From assembly GCA_964016885.1 (NCBI GenBank), contig OZ024740.1, forward strand, positions 397,544,001 to 397,608,000: DNA of 64,000 nt, read 5' to 3'. Origin of the DNA: Eledone cirrhosa. Taxonomy: Eukaryota. A program made the position numbers and the translations under genes. Position 1 is the stretch's first letter. Each line of letters opens with the position of its first letter. The notes under the pieces were generated by a model that worked only from the letters and a program-made list of their open reading frames with translations, did not search any database and was not told the DNA's origin. This document shows, in pieces, positions 11,561-22,905 of the stretch.

Positions 11561-12749
11561 TCTCCCCTTCTCATTTCTTGTGTTGCCTAATAGTCCTTGC
11601 TCTTTCCCTCTTTTTCTTGAAAAATGTTGCAAGATTTGCAATTAATAGTATTAAATGTAATACAAAAGAACTTATAAATTGTGATAGACAATTAATTAAC
11701 TTAATAACAGGTGTTAATTGTTTATCTATTGAGAGAAAATGTATTACAGTTGATTTCAGTCTGCAAAAGAAAATAATGTAATCAAAAAAGATACAGCTTA
11801 TTATATCACCTAGTCTTGGCTTTCATAGCACAATCTCTAATATATATGAGACTGTTGATGATAAATTAAGATAATACTATAAAGGGGATGTTCTTTTGTA
11901 CAGGTTGAAGAAACAATATTGCCTGTCTCAGAAAATGCTGTTAGTATTACACAGGATAAGGGAGGCCACTTATTACACATTGATAGATGAAGTTGTACTA
12001 CTCTTGGTTACTGAAAATATGAAGCACCATACCAGTTGAGTATCAGACAACACTGACACAATAGAATAAAGCTGAGAACATATGAAATTGAAGGGGAGCC
12101 AAAACGTAGTCTTCTTTGATTCTAATGTGAACTGAATAATCCTCTAACCTCAACATGTGGAACTGGACTGTATTCCACAGAAGTAGTGTTAGGATAACTG
12201 TTATGCATAATTACATCTAGTATTCCTAAGCAACTATAATGCATGAGTACATGATATGTTTCTGTGAAATCGTAATGCATAAGTATATAATATGCTCCTG
12301 TGCCACCGACTTTGTCAAAAACCTTTGTGTAGTGAATAAATGTGCTAACAATGATCTTCATTGCTCAATATATTTTTATAAACCTTGAATTATTTAGTGG
12401 ATTATGTCTGTTTTATATTAACTATAGTGAAATTTACAGTGCAATATCCTTTCTATTAGGAATTTAAGCTTGAATTAGTGTATTCACTACCAAACCTAAT
12501 AAGTGATGTTTTTATTCATTCAACAAATTTCAATTCGGTTATATAATGTTTGCAATAACAAAAAGAAAAAGAAAAAGGGAAAAAAATTAAATAATGAAAG
12601 TCAGGAAAAGGTTTAGGGGAAGGGAAGAGAAAAAGGCAATGTTTAAATAAAAGAAGAGAGGAAAAAAAACTGTGTGGAAACTTAAGAAGGAATACCAAAC
12701 AGTACTAAAAAAAGCAAACAAACAAATCCTTGTTTAAAACAGTAAGGAA

Positions 12750-13040
12750 AATGTAAAGTAAGGGGTGAATAACCGAGCCAACACCAGAGCAAAAGACAGC
12801 AGCAAGGGGTACTGGGCGACCTCTCTAATGACCTTTGAGGCAAGCCAGCACACTTGCAGCGTTGCCTCGGGTGATGGCGAGGCTAATGCACTGGAACAGC
12901 CAAGCGCCCTCGCGAGATTCGCCAGTTACCTCTATTAGGAGAGCCGCCAGTGAAGAGAGGAACCTCGTAGTCAGCAGCCCGACTCCACCAAACGTCTTGA
13001 AAGCCACAGACTGAAAAAGATAACTGGCCAACAGATCAGA
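12750..13040 (-). mobile_element. CRE-clade LINE 3' fragment
   Basis: ORF 12825-13031 FQSVAFKTFGG...GESREGAWLFQCISLAITRGNAASVL, typical RLE C-terminus. Confidence 0.75.
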
Positions 13041-13517
13041 GTGTTTTTATTGTTCTCACAATCCTACACTAACCATTGCCAGTATGAGATTTTCCAACAA
13101 CACACAATCTCACTTTTTCAGCATCTCTGCTAAAATATAACTTTTTGACTACTGAAGAGGAACTAATTATTAATTTTTTTTGTTAGCCAAACAATACACT
13201 ACATCACAGTTCTAACTGTACTATCAAACATTTTTACAGTCTTATGAGCACCACAATATAAATACAACCTTAACATTTTCAAAATTGAGTAAACGTTTTG
13301 AATATATCAGCATCTAAATTTAATGTAATCATTCATTTCTGTATACTCTTCTCAGCATTCACTACTATATGCCTGCTAAGCATAGTAACGATCTAAAACG
13401 TTATGTTATTTTATGTTCCTGTATATTTTTTATTGAATACATGTGGCTTGATATATTCATGTTATATTGTCAAGATTAATTTTACAGTTATAAATAATTG
13501 TATTTCTCTTTTGCTAG

Positions 13518-13644
13518 GCATTAAGACCTTGGAATAAAGAAGAAAGAAATATCGCCTGTCAAGCTTATGCTGGTCTCCTCTGGTCCAAACAGTTTTATTG
13601 TTATGATGTGCGTAAATGGATGGAATCAACTATTATACGTTCAG
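13518..13644 (+). CDS. GH63 YMR196W-like, exon 5 in window
   Basis: ttgctAG / GTaaaa; phase 0-1; ALRPWNKEERNIACQAYAGLLWSKQFYCYDVRKWMESTIIRS (QA.AG.LWSKQFY.YDV..W motif); not in ORF track. Confidence 0.92.
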
Positions 13645-14021
13645 GTAAAAGAAGTTCTCTGATGTTTCAATTTGTAATGATTTTTTCTCCCATATTCTTT
13701 GAAAAAGGAAATCTTATATTCATTGATAACTGGAAGAAAAGGATAATTAAGCTTTTATCTCTGCAAGTCAAACATTGATTATTTGATTACAATCACCTGA
13801 GGCTAGCTACAAATTGTGATGGTTATTGTCAGCATCAATGTGGTCATCAAAAAAGTCTTTGCCTGCAAATGCAAGCTACTTGAGCAAGATGCATGTGGTT
13901 GGGTAAAATGTCTTTTATATAGTTTGTGGATTAAGAAATTGTTGGAATTATAGGTAGGTGTGATATGCATACGTTTAGAAATATATATATACCTAAATAT
14001 ATATATATATACGTTTAGAAA

Positions 14022-17000
14022 TCATCATCATCATCATCGTTTAACATCCATGTTCCACGCTTGCATGGGTTTGGACGGGAGTTTTCCCACTTGAGGCAAG
14101 AGTGGTTGTCTTGCTCGCATAGGACTGTCTGGCGGGTTTTCTACAGCTGGATGCCCTTCCTAACACCAACCACATTTACAGTGTGGGGCTGGGAGGTTTG
14201 TACCGTGTTGCCTACACGGCCACATTACAGCGTGGACTGTCTGGCGTGTTTTGTACAGCTGGATGCCCTTCCTAACACCAACCACATTTACAGTGTGGGT
14301 CTGGGAGGTTTTTACCGTGTTGCCTACACGGCCACATTACAGCGTGGACTGTGTGTTTTTTGTCGTGACACCTACACGATCTCATTTGTTTCGGCCTGGA
14401 TGTTGTGGCACCAACATAACTTTACATTGAAAGGGGCGGTGTGGATGGGGTGGGGGTGGTGGGACAGGGGTGTATTTTGTTAGAGATGCCTACTGACTGT
14501 AGTAGGTTTTACTTTGTATTTAGGTAAGGCGGGTCTTCTCTATTACTGAGTACCGCCAAAGGTCTCGGTCCAGTGACATTGTCTTGGAGAGGTGTAAGTG
14601 TGTGAGGTCGGAATTTATCAGCTCGTCCCAGGTTTTTCTGGGTCTGCCTACTCCGTGGCTACCATCTATCTTTATTGCCCTGCACTTTGTTATACAGCTG
14701 TCGTCTTTCATGCGCATCACGTGACCATACCAACGTAGCCTTCTCTCGAGTAAACAACATCTGATCCCTCTTATTTCTAATTTTTTCCTTAGTTCGTTTA
14801 TGCTTTGCCGTTCACGTATATTACTATTACACATCCAGCGGAGCATGCAAGCTTCGTTCCTCTCTAGTCTGCGTATATCCTCTGCACACAATGCCCAGGT
14901 CTCACTGCCATGCAACATTGCTGTTCGTATGCAGGCATCATACAACCTGCCTTTCATTTTTAGGGAGAACCCTTTAGCGGCTAATAGTGGTATAAGCTCT
15001 CTGAACTTTTTCCATCCAGTTCTGACTCTAGCTACTGTACTTTCAGAGCACCCTCCCCCACTGCTGATTTTGTCACCCAGGTAACGGAAGCTGTCCACTA
15101 TTTCTATAGAACCCTCTGCGCAATTGAAAGAGCTAGTATTTTGTGGGCACTTGCTGCTACTTATTGCACCAGAGCACCGGCCACATGTAAAATCTGTGTT
15201 CTTAGTTAGCTTACCTGTGATCCCACTACATCTTTTATGCACCCATAGTTTGCATTTGGGACATAAAATGAAGTTTCTACCTACGCCTTTCCTACACACT
15301 GAGCATGGCCATTTCCCGGAAGGGACCAGCGCCTTATTTTCTTTCCTACAAACTAGAACTTTAGTCTTAGCCAGGTTAATTTTAAGGCCTTTTGATTCTA
15401 GGCCGTGCTTCCATGTTTGGAATTTCTTCTCTAGCTCGGCCATTGATTCAGCTATGAGCGTTAGATCATCTGCGTATAGGAGTTCTCATGGGCAGCTGGT
15501 CTTGAACTTCTCTGTTATAGCCTGAAGGGCAATAATAAATAGTAGGGGGCTAAGAACAGAGCCCTGATGGACACCAACTTTTACGCTAAACTCTTCACTA
15601 TATTCGTTGTTAATTCTAACCTTGCTGACTGTTTCTTTATACATGGCTTGTATAGCTCTCACAAGCCATTCGTCAACACCTAGTTTTCTAAGAGCCCACC
15701 AGATAATGAAACGGGGGACTCTGTCGAAGGCTTTCTCCAAGTCGACAAAAGCTAAGTATAGGGGTTTACTTTTAGCTAGGTACTTCTGTAGTTGTCGTAC
15801 AATGAAAAGAGCGTCTGTGGTACTTTTGCCTGACACAAACCCGAACTGCATTTCATCTAGATCAATTCTCTCTCTGATTAGTTGCGCTATTACTTTTTCC
15901 GTGACCTTCATGACCTGGTCGATTAATTTAATGCCTCTATAGTTACTCCTATCTAGGGCGTCTCTTTTACCCTTGTAACAGTTAACGATGATGCTGCTAC
16001 GCCAGTCCTTCGGAACAACCCCATTCTGTATGACTTGGTTTACTATCCGGGTGACCATGGTGTGTCCCACCGTTCCAGAGGCTTTCAGCATCTCAGCAAC
16101 TATTTCCGAAGGCCCAGCCGCCTTACCCGTCTTCATATCTTTGATTGCCTTACTTATTATACTACCTTCGACTAACACTGCTGGTCCCTCTATTGGGTCG
16201 ATGTGGGGGAGACTGTCTTTCTCCCATTTATTCTCCTCATTTAGTAGCCTTTCGTAGTGACACTTCCAAGCTACCTTCTTATCAGCGTCAGTGATGGCAA
16301 GTACGCCATCATCGTTAAGTACACACTTCTCCCCGACAATATCACGGTTTTCCTTGACACATTGCCTAGCAATCCTGAACACCTCACGTTTTTGGTCCTC
16401 GCGTTGTAGAACATGCTTGAACTTTCTTTCCTCTGCTTCCCTTCTTGCGAAGTACACTTGTCTCCTAGCTTCCCTCCTGGCCACTTGATAGTCTTCTCTA
16501 CTTCCCCCATCCCGCCATGCTTTCCAAGCCTGCTTTTTGGCCTTGATTGACCCCTCCACCTTACTGTTCCACCACCATGTTACTCTCCTCCTGCCTACAG
16601 GCCTGCTCCAGCCACAGACCTCGTCTGCCGCCATCAGCAGGTTTGCTTTCAGGAATTCCCACTGTTCCTCTACCTTGTACGACTCTAATTGCTCTTCCTT
16701 ACTGTCGAAAGCATCAAGTAATATGCTTTGAAATTTATTTCTGACTGTGGGATCCTTTAGCTTCCATATTTTTCTCCTGAGGATAGTCCTCTTCTGCTGT
16801 CTAGTACGTCTCATCCTGACTATGAGGTCGCTAATTATCAGTCTATGTTGGGAGGTGCATTCTTCATGGGGGAGGGATTTAGTGTTTACAACAGACACTC
16901 TGTCACGTCTTCTGGTAAGGATATAATCTACCTGGCTGGTATGTTCTTCTGATCTGTAGGTGATCAAGTGATTGTCTCGTTTTTTGAAGTTAGTGTTACA

Positions 17001-17860
17001 GATAGTTAGGTTGTTTGCATCACAGAATTCCAGGATTCTGGAGCCTTCCTCGTTTCTAGTACCAAACCCATAGCCTCCGTGGATTCCGTCATAGCCGTCA
17101 CAATGTTGTCCAACGTGACCATTTAGGTCGCCAGCAATAATTATATAGTCACTGTCGGTTATTTGGGAGGTAGTGAGCATCAGTGTCTCATAGAATCTGT
17201 CTTTTATCGCGCTAGGCAGTCCGGATTGGGGTGCGTATGCAGATATTACTGTCACAGTAGTTCTGTTTAGAACAAGTCTTATTTTAATTATTCTGTCATT
17301 TACTCTATTTACATCTATTATCTTATCCACCCATTTTTCTGCTAACATGATTCCTACCCCACCTATCCCATTGTCATTCCCCACCCAGAAAAGCTTATAG
17401 CAACGTTTTTTACCCACAATGAATCTAGCAGACCCGCCCCTCCACCTGGTCTCTTGGATACAGCAAACATCAACCTCCTTACGTTCAAGCAATTCTACAA
17501 CCTCGTTAGAGCTGCCTTTTAAGGTGCCTACGTTCATGGTACCAACTCTGAAGTTTTGGATTGTGTTTGGAGGATGGGGCGCGGGGAGGGGTGAGGGAAA
17601 TGAGTTTGGGGTTATGTTGGCCATCCGCGGCCGAAACAAAGAGGGGGGGGCCTTGCCCTTTCGTCCGGCAGCATGAGGTGAATTTGTCGTTATCTTTGGC
17701 ATTGTCATCGAGTGTCCAGATTCTTCAGACTCTCCAGAAATTCCTTAGTCCATCCATCATATCAAAAAGCAGCCAGTAGTGATAGCATAGGCCGTTGACT
17801 TGTGATTGGTCCAAATAGTAAAGGTGGAGAGTGGGGGCGGGAGGGAGGGATATGGGGTAG
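14022..17860 (-). mobile_element. Near full-length RTE LINE family A (APE endonuclease + RT + Cys-rich insert), single in-frame stop
   Basis: ORFs 15486-17708 and 14520-15443 are in the same frame, separated by TGG>TGA (CP*ELLYADD); APE motifs GTMNVGTL, IQETRW, GDLNGH, DYIL, SQHR; (GAT)n tail at 14022-14038. Confidence 0.95.
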
Positions 17861-18491
17861 TTAGCAAAGAGAGAGATTATTTAGAACAAGCATGGAGAAG
17901 ATTAATTTAGGACAAGGATAGCAACGATTGTAGATATATATGGATGAATGAACCAGGTTTTAAGGAGACAAGAAGAAAATGTTCTATAATACATTACATT
18001 TTCGTAGAATCGACTGACCATTTAATAAGAGTTGACAAATTCTGAGGTTTTGTCCTTCGTAACATTCTTATTTATATTAGGGAGTGAGAGAGGGAGAGGG
18101 ACGTATATGTTAGAGAGAGTGGGAGTAATAGCGATTTTGATGGGCGAGAGAATCTATTTTTATGAATCCTGGAAAATTTTTTTTTTTTTTCGGCCAAAAT
18201 GGTAGCAAAGTGGAGATTATTTAGAACAAGTTAGCAAAGAGAGAGATTATTTAGAACAAGCGTGAAGAAGATTAATTTAGGACAAGGATAGCAACGCTTG
18301 TAGATATATATGGATGAATGAACCAGGTTTTAAGGAGACAAGAAGAAAATGTTCTATAATACATTACATTTTCGTAGAATTGACTGACCATTTAATAAGA
18401 GTTGACAAATTCTGAGGTTTTGTCCTTCGTAACATTCTTATTTATATTAAGGAGTGAGAGAGCGAGAGGGACGTATATGTTAGAGAGAGTG
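17860..18491. repeat. Direct repeat of ~260 bp (period 370) at the 5' end of the RTE
   Basis: 17860-18121 nearly identical to 18230-18491. Confidence 0.85.
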
Positions 18492-18904
18492 ACCTAAAGA
18501 CAAGAAAAGGAAGAAAGTGGCAAAAACCTGCAGGAAGGTATGTACTATGTATGGAGAGGATTCTGATATAGAATGTGCATACCAGAAATGGTTTTCAAGA
18601 TTTCAATTGGGAAATTTATCGGTTCAAAATGCACCATGCTCTGGCCACTCAACTGAGATTAACTGTGACACCAGCCCCATTATATAGCCATGATGATCAC
18701 AGATATTCTCCAAATATCCAAATCAAGCATTGAAAACCATTTGCATCAACCTGGTTATGTTAGCAAGTTCAATATTTGAGTCCCACCTCAATTGAATGAG
18801 GCTGACCTTGCCCAATTGATTTCCATCAGCAATTCATTGCATAAACAGGACAAAAACGATCCTTTTTTAAGAAAATGGTGACAGGGTGAAAAATGGATCA
18901 TCTA

Positions 18905-19102
18905 TAATAATAATTGTTTCTATTTTAGGCACAAGGCCAGCAATTACCCAGTACATTACTGGTACTTTATTTTATCGACCCCGTAAGGATGAAAGGCAAA
19001 GTTAACCTCGGCGGGATTTGAACTCAGATCATAAAGGGACGTAACTCTATGCTTCAAAGCATGGTGTCCGACTCTCTACCGATACTGCCAATCCACCGTC
19101 CT
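18905..19102 (-). mobile_element. SINE, same family as 6112-6310
   Basis: Reverse complement of the SINE consensus seen elsewhere in the window. Confidence 0.85.
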
Positions 19103-19103
19103 A

Positions 19104-20216
19104 TCATCATCATCATCATCATCATCATCAGGTTTAGCGTCCGTGTTCCACGCTTGCATGGGTTTGGACGGGGGTTTTCCCACTTGAGGCAAGAGTGGTT
19201 GTCTTGCTCGCATAGGACTATCTGGCGGGTTTTCTACAGTTGGATGCCCTTCCTAACACCAACCACATTTACAGTGTGGGTCTGGGAGGTTTTTACCGTG
19301 TTGCCTACACGGCCACATTACAGCGTGGACTGTCTGGCGGGTTTTCTACAGCTGGATGCCCTTCCTAACACCAACCACATTTACAGTGTGGGGCTGGGAG
19401 GTTTTTACCGTGTTGCCTACACGGCCACATTACAGCGTGGACTGTCTGGCGGGTTTTCTACAGCTGGATGCCCTTCCTAACACCAACCACATTTACAGTG
19501 TGGGGCTGGGAGGTTTTTACCATGTTGCCTACACGGCCACATTTACAGCGTGGACTGTGTGTTTTTGTCGTGACACCTACACGATCTCATTTGTTTCGGC
19601 CTGGATGTTGTGGGACCAACATAACTTTACATTGAAAGGGGCGGTGTGGATGGGGTGGAGGTGGTGGGACGGGGGTGTGTTTTGATAGAGATGCCTACTG
19701 ACTGTAGTAGGTTTTTACTTTGTATTTAGGTAAGGCGGGTCTTCTCTATTACTGAGTACCACCAAAGGTCTCGGTCCAGTGACATTGTCTTGGAGAGGTG
19801 TAAGCGTGTGAGGTCGGAATTTATCAGCTCGTCCCATGTTTTTCTGGGTCTGCCTACTCCGTGGCTACCGTCTATCTTTATTGCCCTGCACTTTGTTATA
19901 CAGTTGTCGTCTTTCATGCACATCACGTGACCGTACCAACGTAGCCTTCTCTCGAGTAAACAACATCTGATCCCTCTTATTTCTAATTTTTTCCTTAGTT
20001 CGTTTATGCTTTGCCGTTCACGTATATTACTATTGCACATCCAGCGGAGCATGCAAGCTTCGTTCCTCTCTAGTCTGCGTATATCCTCTGCACACAATGC
20101 CCAAGTCTCACTGCCATGCAGCATTGTTGTTCGTATGCAGGCATCGTATAACCTGCCTTTCATTTTTAGGGAGAACCCTCTAGCGGCTAATAGTGGTATA
20201 AGCTCTCTGAACTTTT
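19104..20216 (-). mobile_element. 5'-truncated RTE family A with three 112-bp 3'UTR units
   Basis: ORF 19726-20163 almost identical to C-terminus of 14520-15443; (GAT)n tail. Confidence 0.92.
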
Positions 20217-20871
20217 AACTATAATAATAATAAACACCTATAACAATGTGGAATGCAAACAATCATGGGGGAAGTGTAGCGAACCACCACAAACAACTTC
20301 CAAAGGAGGACTTCACCTTAAGAAGGTTATGCTTTCAATTTGGTGGGATTGGAAGGGTTTTGTCTTTTATGAGCTTCTTCCCATGGACATGATGATCAAT
20401 TTAGATATGTACCATGACTAGCTGGACAGATTAAATGCAGTGGTCCACCAAAGCATCCAGCACTTGCTAATTGTTTCATCAAAACAATGTCAAAATCCAT
20501 ACTTCTTTACAGATACAATAGAAGTTACTGGGGCTTGGCAGCAAAGTTTTGCCACACTCTCCATATTTTCCCAACTTTACACCTGCAGATTTCCACCTAT
20601 TTCCGTCTCTTCAAAATTCATTGAATGGACAGGTGTTCAACTCTGAAAAAGATTAAAAAATTCACCTAGAAGAGTTCTCCACTAGTAAAGACAGGAATTT
20701 TTTTGATGATACTAGAATGAAAGATTTAAAGGTGTTTATCATTATTTCAATTTACAGAAAAATTTGTATTTTCTGGGTTGTTTACATGTCAACATATTAA
20801 AAATGTGTATATTTATATACACATTATTGCAGTCTTGGTTACACACTCTGTATTTATACAGATATGACTTT

Positions 20872-21753
20872 ATCATATGTTGATAAGAAGGAAAAAAGAC
20901 AAAACTTTGATTCCATCAGGGAAATGGCCATGTTTGATATGTAGAAAAGGAGTTGGCATAAACTCTATACAATGTACACAATGCAGATCTTGGGTACACA
21001 AGATGTGTAGTGGGAGAGCAGGCAAACTAACAGGAAGGGAAAACTTCATATGTAGTAGATGTTCAGGGTAAATTGATAGTAGAAGTGTCAGTGATAGGCA
21101 CATTTTTCAAATGCACGTAGGATCTATAGAGGTAGATGTAGCTTCCAATATCTAGGTGATCAGATTAGCAAGAGAGGAGGGTGCTCCGAGGCCATAGTAT
21201 CTAGAATAAGGACAGGATGGAAGAAGTTTAGTGAGCTGCTTCCTCTGTTGACAATGAAGAGTTTCTCCAAAGGTTGATTATATGATGCCTGTGTGAGATG
21301 CGGGATGCTGCATGGTAGTGAGACATGAGCAGCAACTGCGGAGGATGTACGGAGGCTGGAGAGAAATGAAGTAAGCATGCTCCAATGAATGTGCAATGTC
21401 AATGTGCGTGAATGATCAAGCATAGACAAGTCGAGAGTGAAACTGTGTATAAGAAGGATAAAATGTAGTGTGCGGGAAAGAAGATTGCATTGGTATGGCC
21501 ATGGGATGCACATGGAAGATGACCACTGGGTGAAGAAGTGCCAAGAAATCCTGGTGGATGGAAGACACAGTTGAGGAAGACCACAAAAAACATGGGCAGA
21601 GGTGGTGAGAGCTGACCTCAGATCGCTGAAGCTCACAGAGATGACGAGGGACCGTGATGAATGGAGAGATGCTGTGCTGAAGAGGACCCGTCCTACTCTT
21701 GCAAACAGGGAAAAGCGGATGTAAAATTATGTTGTTGATGATGATGATGATGA
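20872..21753 (+). mobile_element. Degraded RTE family B 3' fragment
   Basis: PSGKWPCLICRKGVG; similar to 58838-59720 in opposite orientation; (GAT)n tail. Confidence 0.85.
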
Positions 21754-22251
21754 TATATGTATATAAGCAAAAATAAATGGAGGAAAGGCAATACATTTAA
21801 AAACTAAATTGACTCCTTACAGAATGTTACATCTAAGGCATAATATCTATATAACACGTCTATATATATGTGCATACGCTTACATATTATTATAAAGATT
21901 ATATTCTTAGAATCTTCAGAGTAGAAACATTATTGTCTTTAATGATGTTGCTGGAAAGCAGTCCAATCTAATCAACAGCAAACGAAATTTACCATTACTG
22001 GAATAATTATTCCTTCAGAGGAATACTAGAGGCTGGACTGTATATATAGAGAGAGTCCAGCTCTAGGAGGAAAAGCTGGTGTTAAACGATGGGTGTGTGT
22101 GTATTACATTTATAACATTTGACACATATTTTTAATCATTTCTCTATTTCTGGAACAGAGTTTTGTTAATAATTGAAAATTTTAAAACATTTTCTGTCTT
22201 TGTTGGTTAGAATCTATTATAATCAGAGTAATTGCTTTATTTCTGTTTTAG

Positions 22252-22388
22252 ATAGAACTGTCTCAGAAAATGCATTGTGTAGGAATAGTATTGATGACTG
22301 GACTGTTGCCATGAGAAATCGAGACTGGATCTTTCACTTTCAAAACTGTGATATCATTTCTATGCCTGACAAATGGGAATTTCCTTGG
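22252..22388 (+). CDS. GH63 YMR196W-like, exon 6 in window
   Basis: ttttAG / GTttgt; phase 1-0; DRTVSENALC...RNRDWIFHFQNCDIISMPDKWEFPW (DIISMPDKWEYPW motif). Confidence 0.92.
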
Positions 22389-22905
22389 GTTTGTCTAATA
22401 TTTACTTAATTTCTAATCAAAATGTTAATTAAAATTTATCAATTACTTGAAGAGAGGAGATTTGCATACATGGGTAACTGGTCTTCCAGAAAACACTTTT
22501 CCTAAGCTCATTCCTTCAAGAGGAATTTTCCAGGGGCAATCCCATTGTCAACCATGACCAAATAAGGCCATAAACTTTTAAACAGGTTGCTTCTAATATC
22601 TAGTATTTATTCATAAGAACGTATTTTAACTGAAGCATTAAAGCTACCCAGAAATTCTCTGGAATGTCTGCTGTAGATATGAATTCATAACATATACATT
22701 GATAGATGATTATTATATCCACTTAGCCATTACACATCTGTTTATAGAATATAGAAATGAAATTGAAAGTTTAATATTTTATATGTTTGGTTGAGATTAT
22801 TGACACTTCTCACTTGCAATGTCTACTATATCAACATCATCAGCAGCAGCATCTTCCCAAGGCAACAAACTGGCAGAGTCATTAGAATGTCAGATGAAAT
22901 GCCTT

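Larger units (their letters stand above)
18495..20740 (+). mobile_element. Degraded mariner transposase, split by a SINE (18905-19102) and an RTE (19104-20216)
   Basis: Translates CRKVCTMYGEDS...YQKWFSRFQLGNLSVQNAPCSG (HTH), then KWIIYNN, resuming after the insertions with YNNVECKQSW...LHLKKVMLSIWWDWKGFVFYELLP. Confidence 0.82.

Noticed and set aside
11904-12010. Possible extra GH63 exon after ttttgtacAG (gttgaagaaacaatattgcc...)
   Set aside because: No family motif, and exon 4 (phase 0) joins exon 5 directly with continuous homology (NFYTM-ALRPWNKEER).
15486-15488. Programmed readthrough or selenocysteine at the RTE in-frame TGA
   Set aside because: Sister copies (plus-strand ~4428, minus-strand ~47253) have TGG at this site, so it is a copy-specific nonsense mutation.
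14800-17779. Many + strand ORFs of 60-130 aa over the RTE copies (also at 23.3-24.1, 46.5-48.0 and 58.9-61.3 kb)
   Set aside because: Antisense shadows of the RTE ORF, repeated only because the element is repeated.
19220-19560. Regularly spaced repeats resembling a CRISPR array
   Set aside because: Units are contiguous 112-bp tandem copies with no unique spacers, inside a LINE 3'UTR in eukaryotic DNA.
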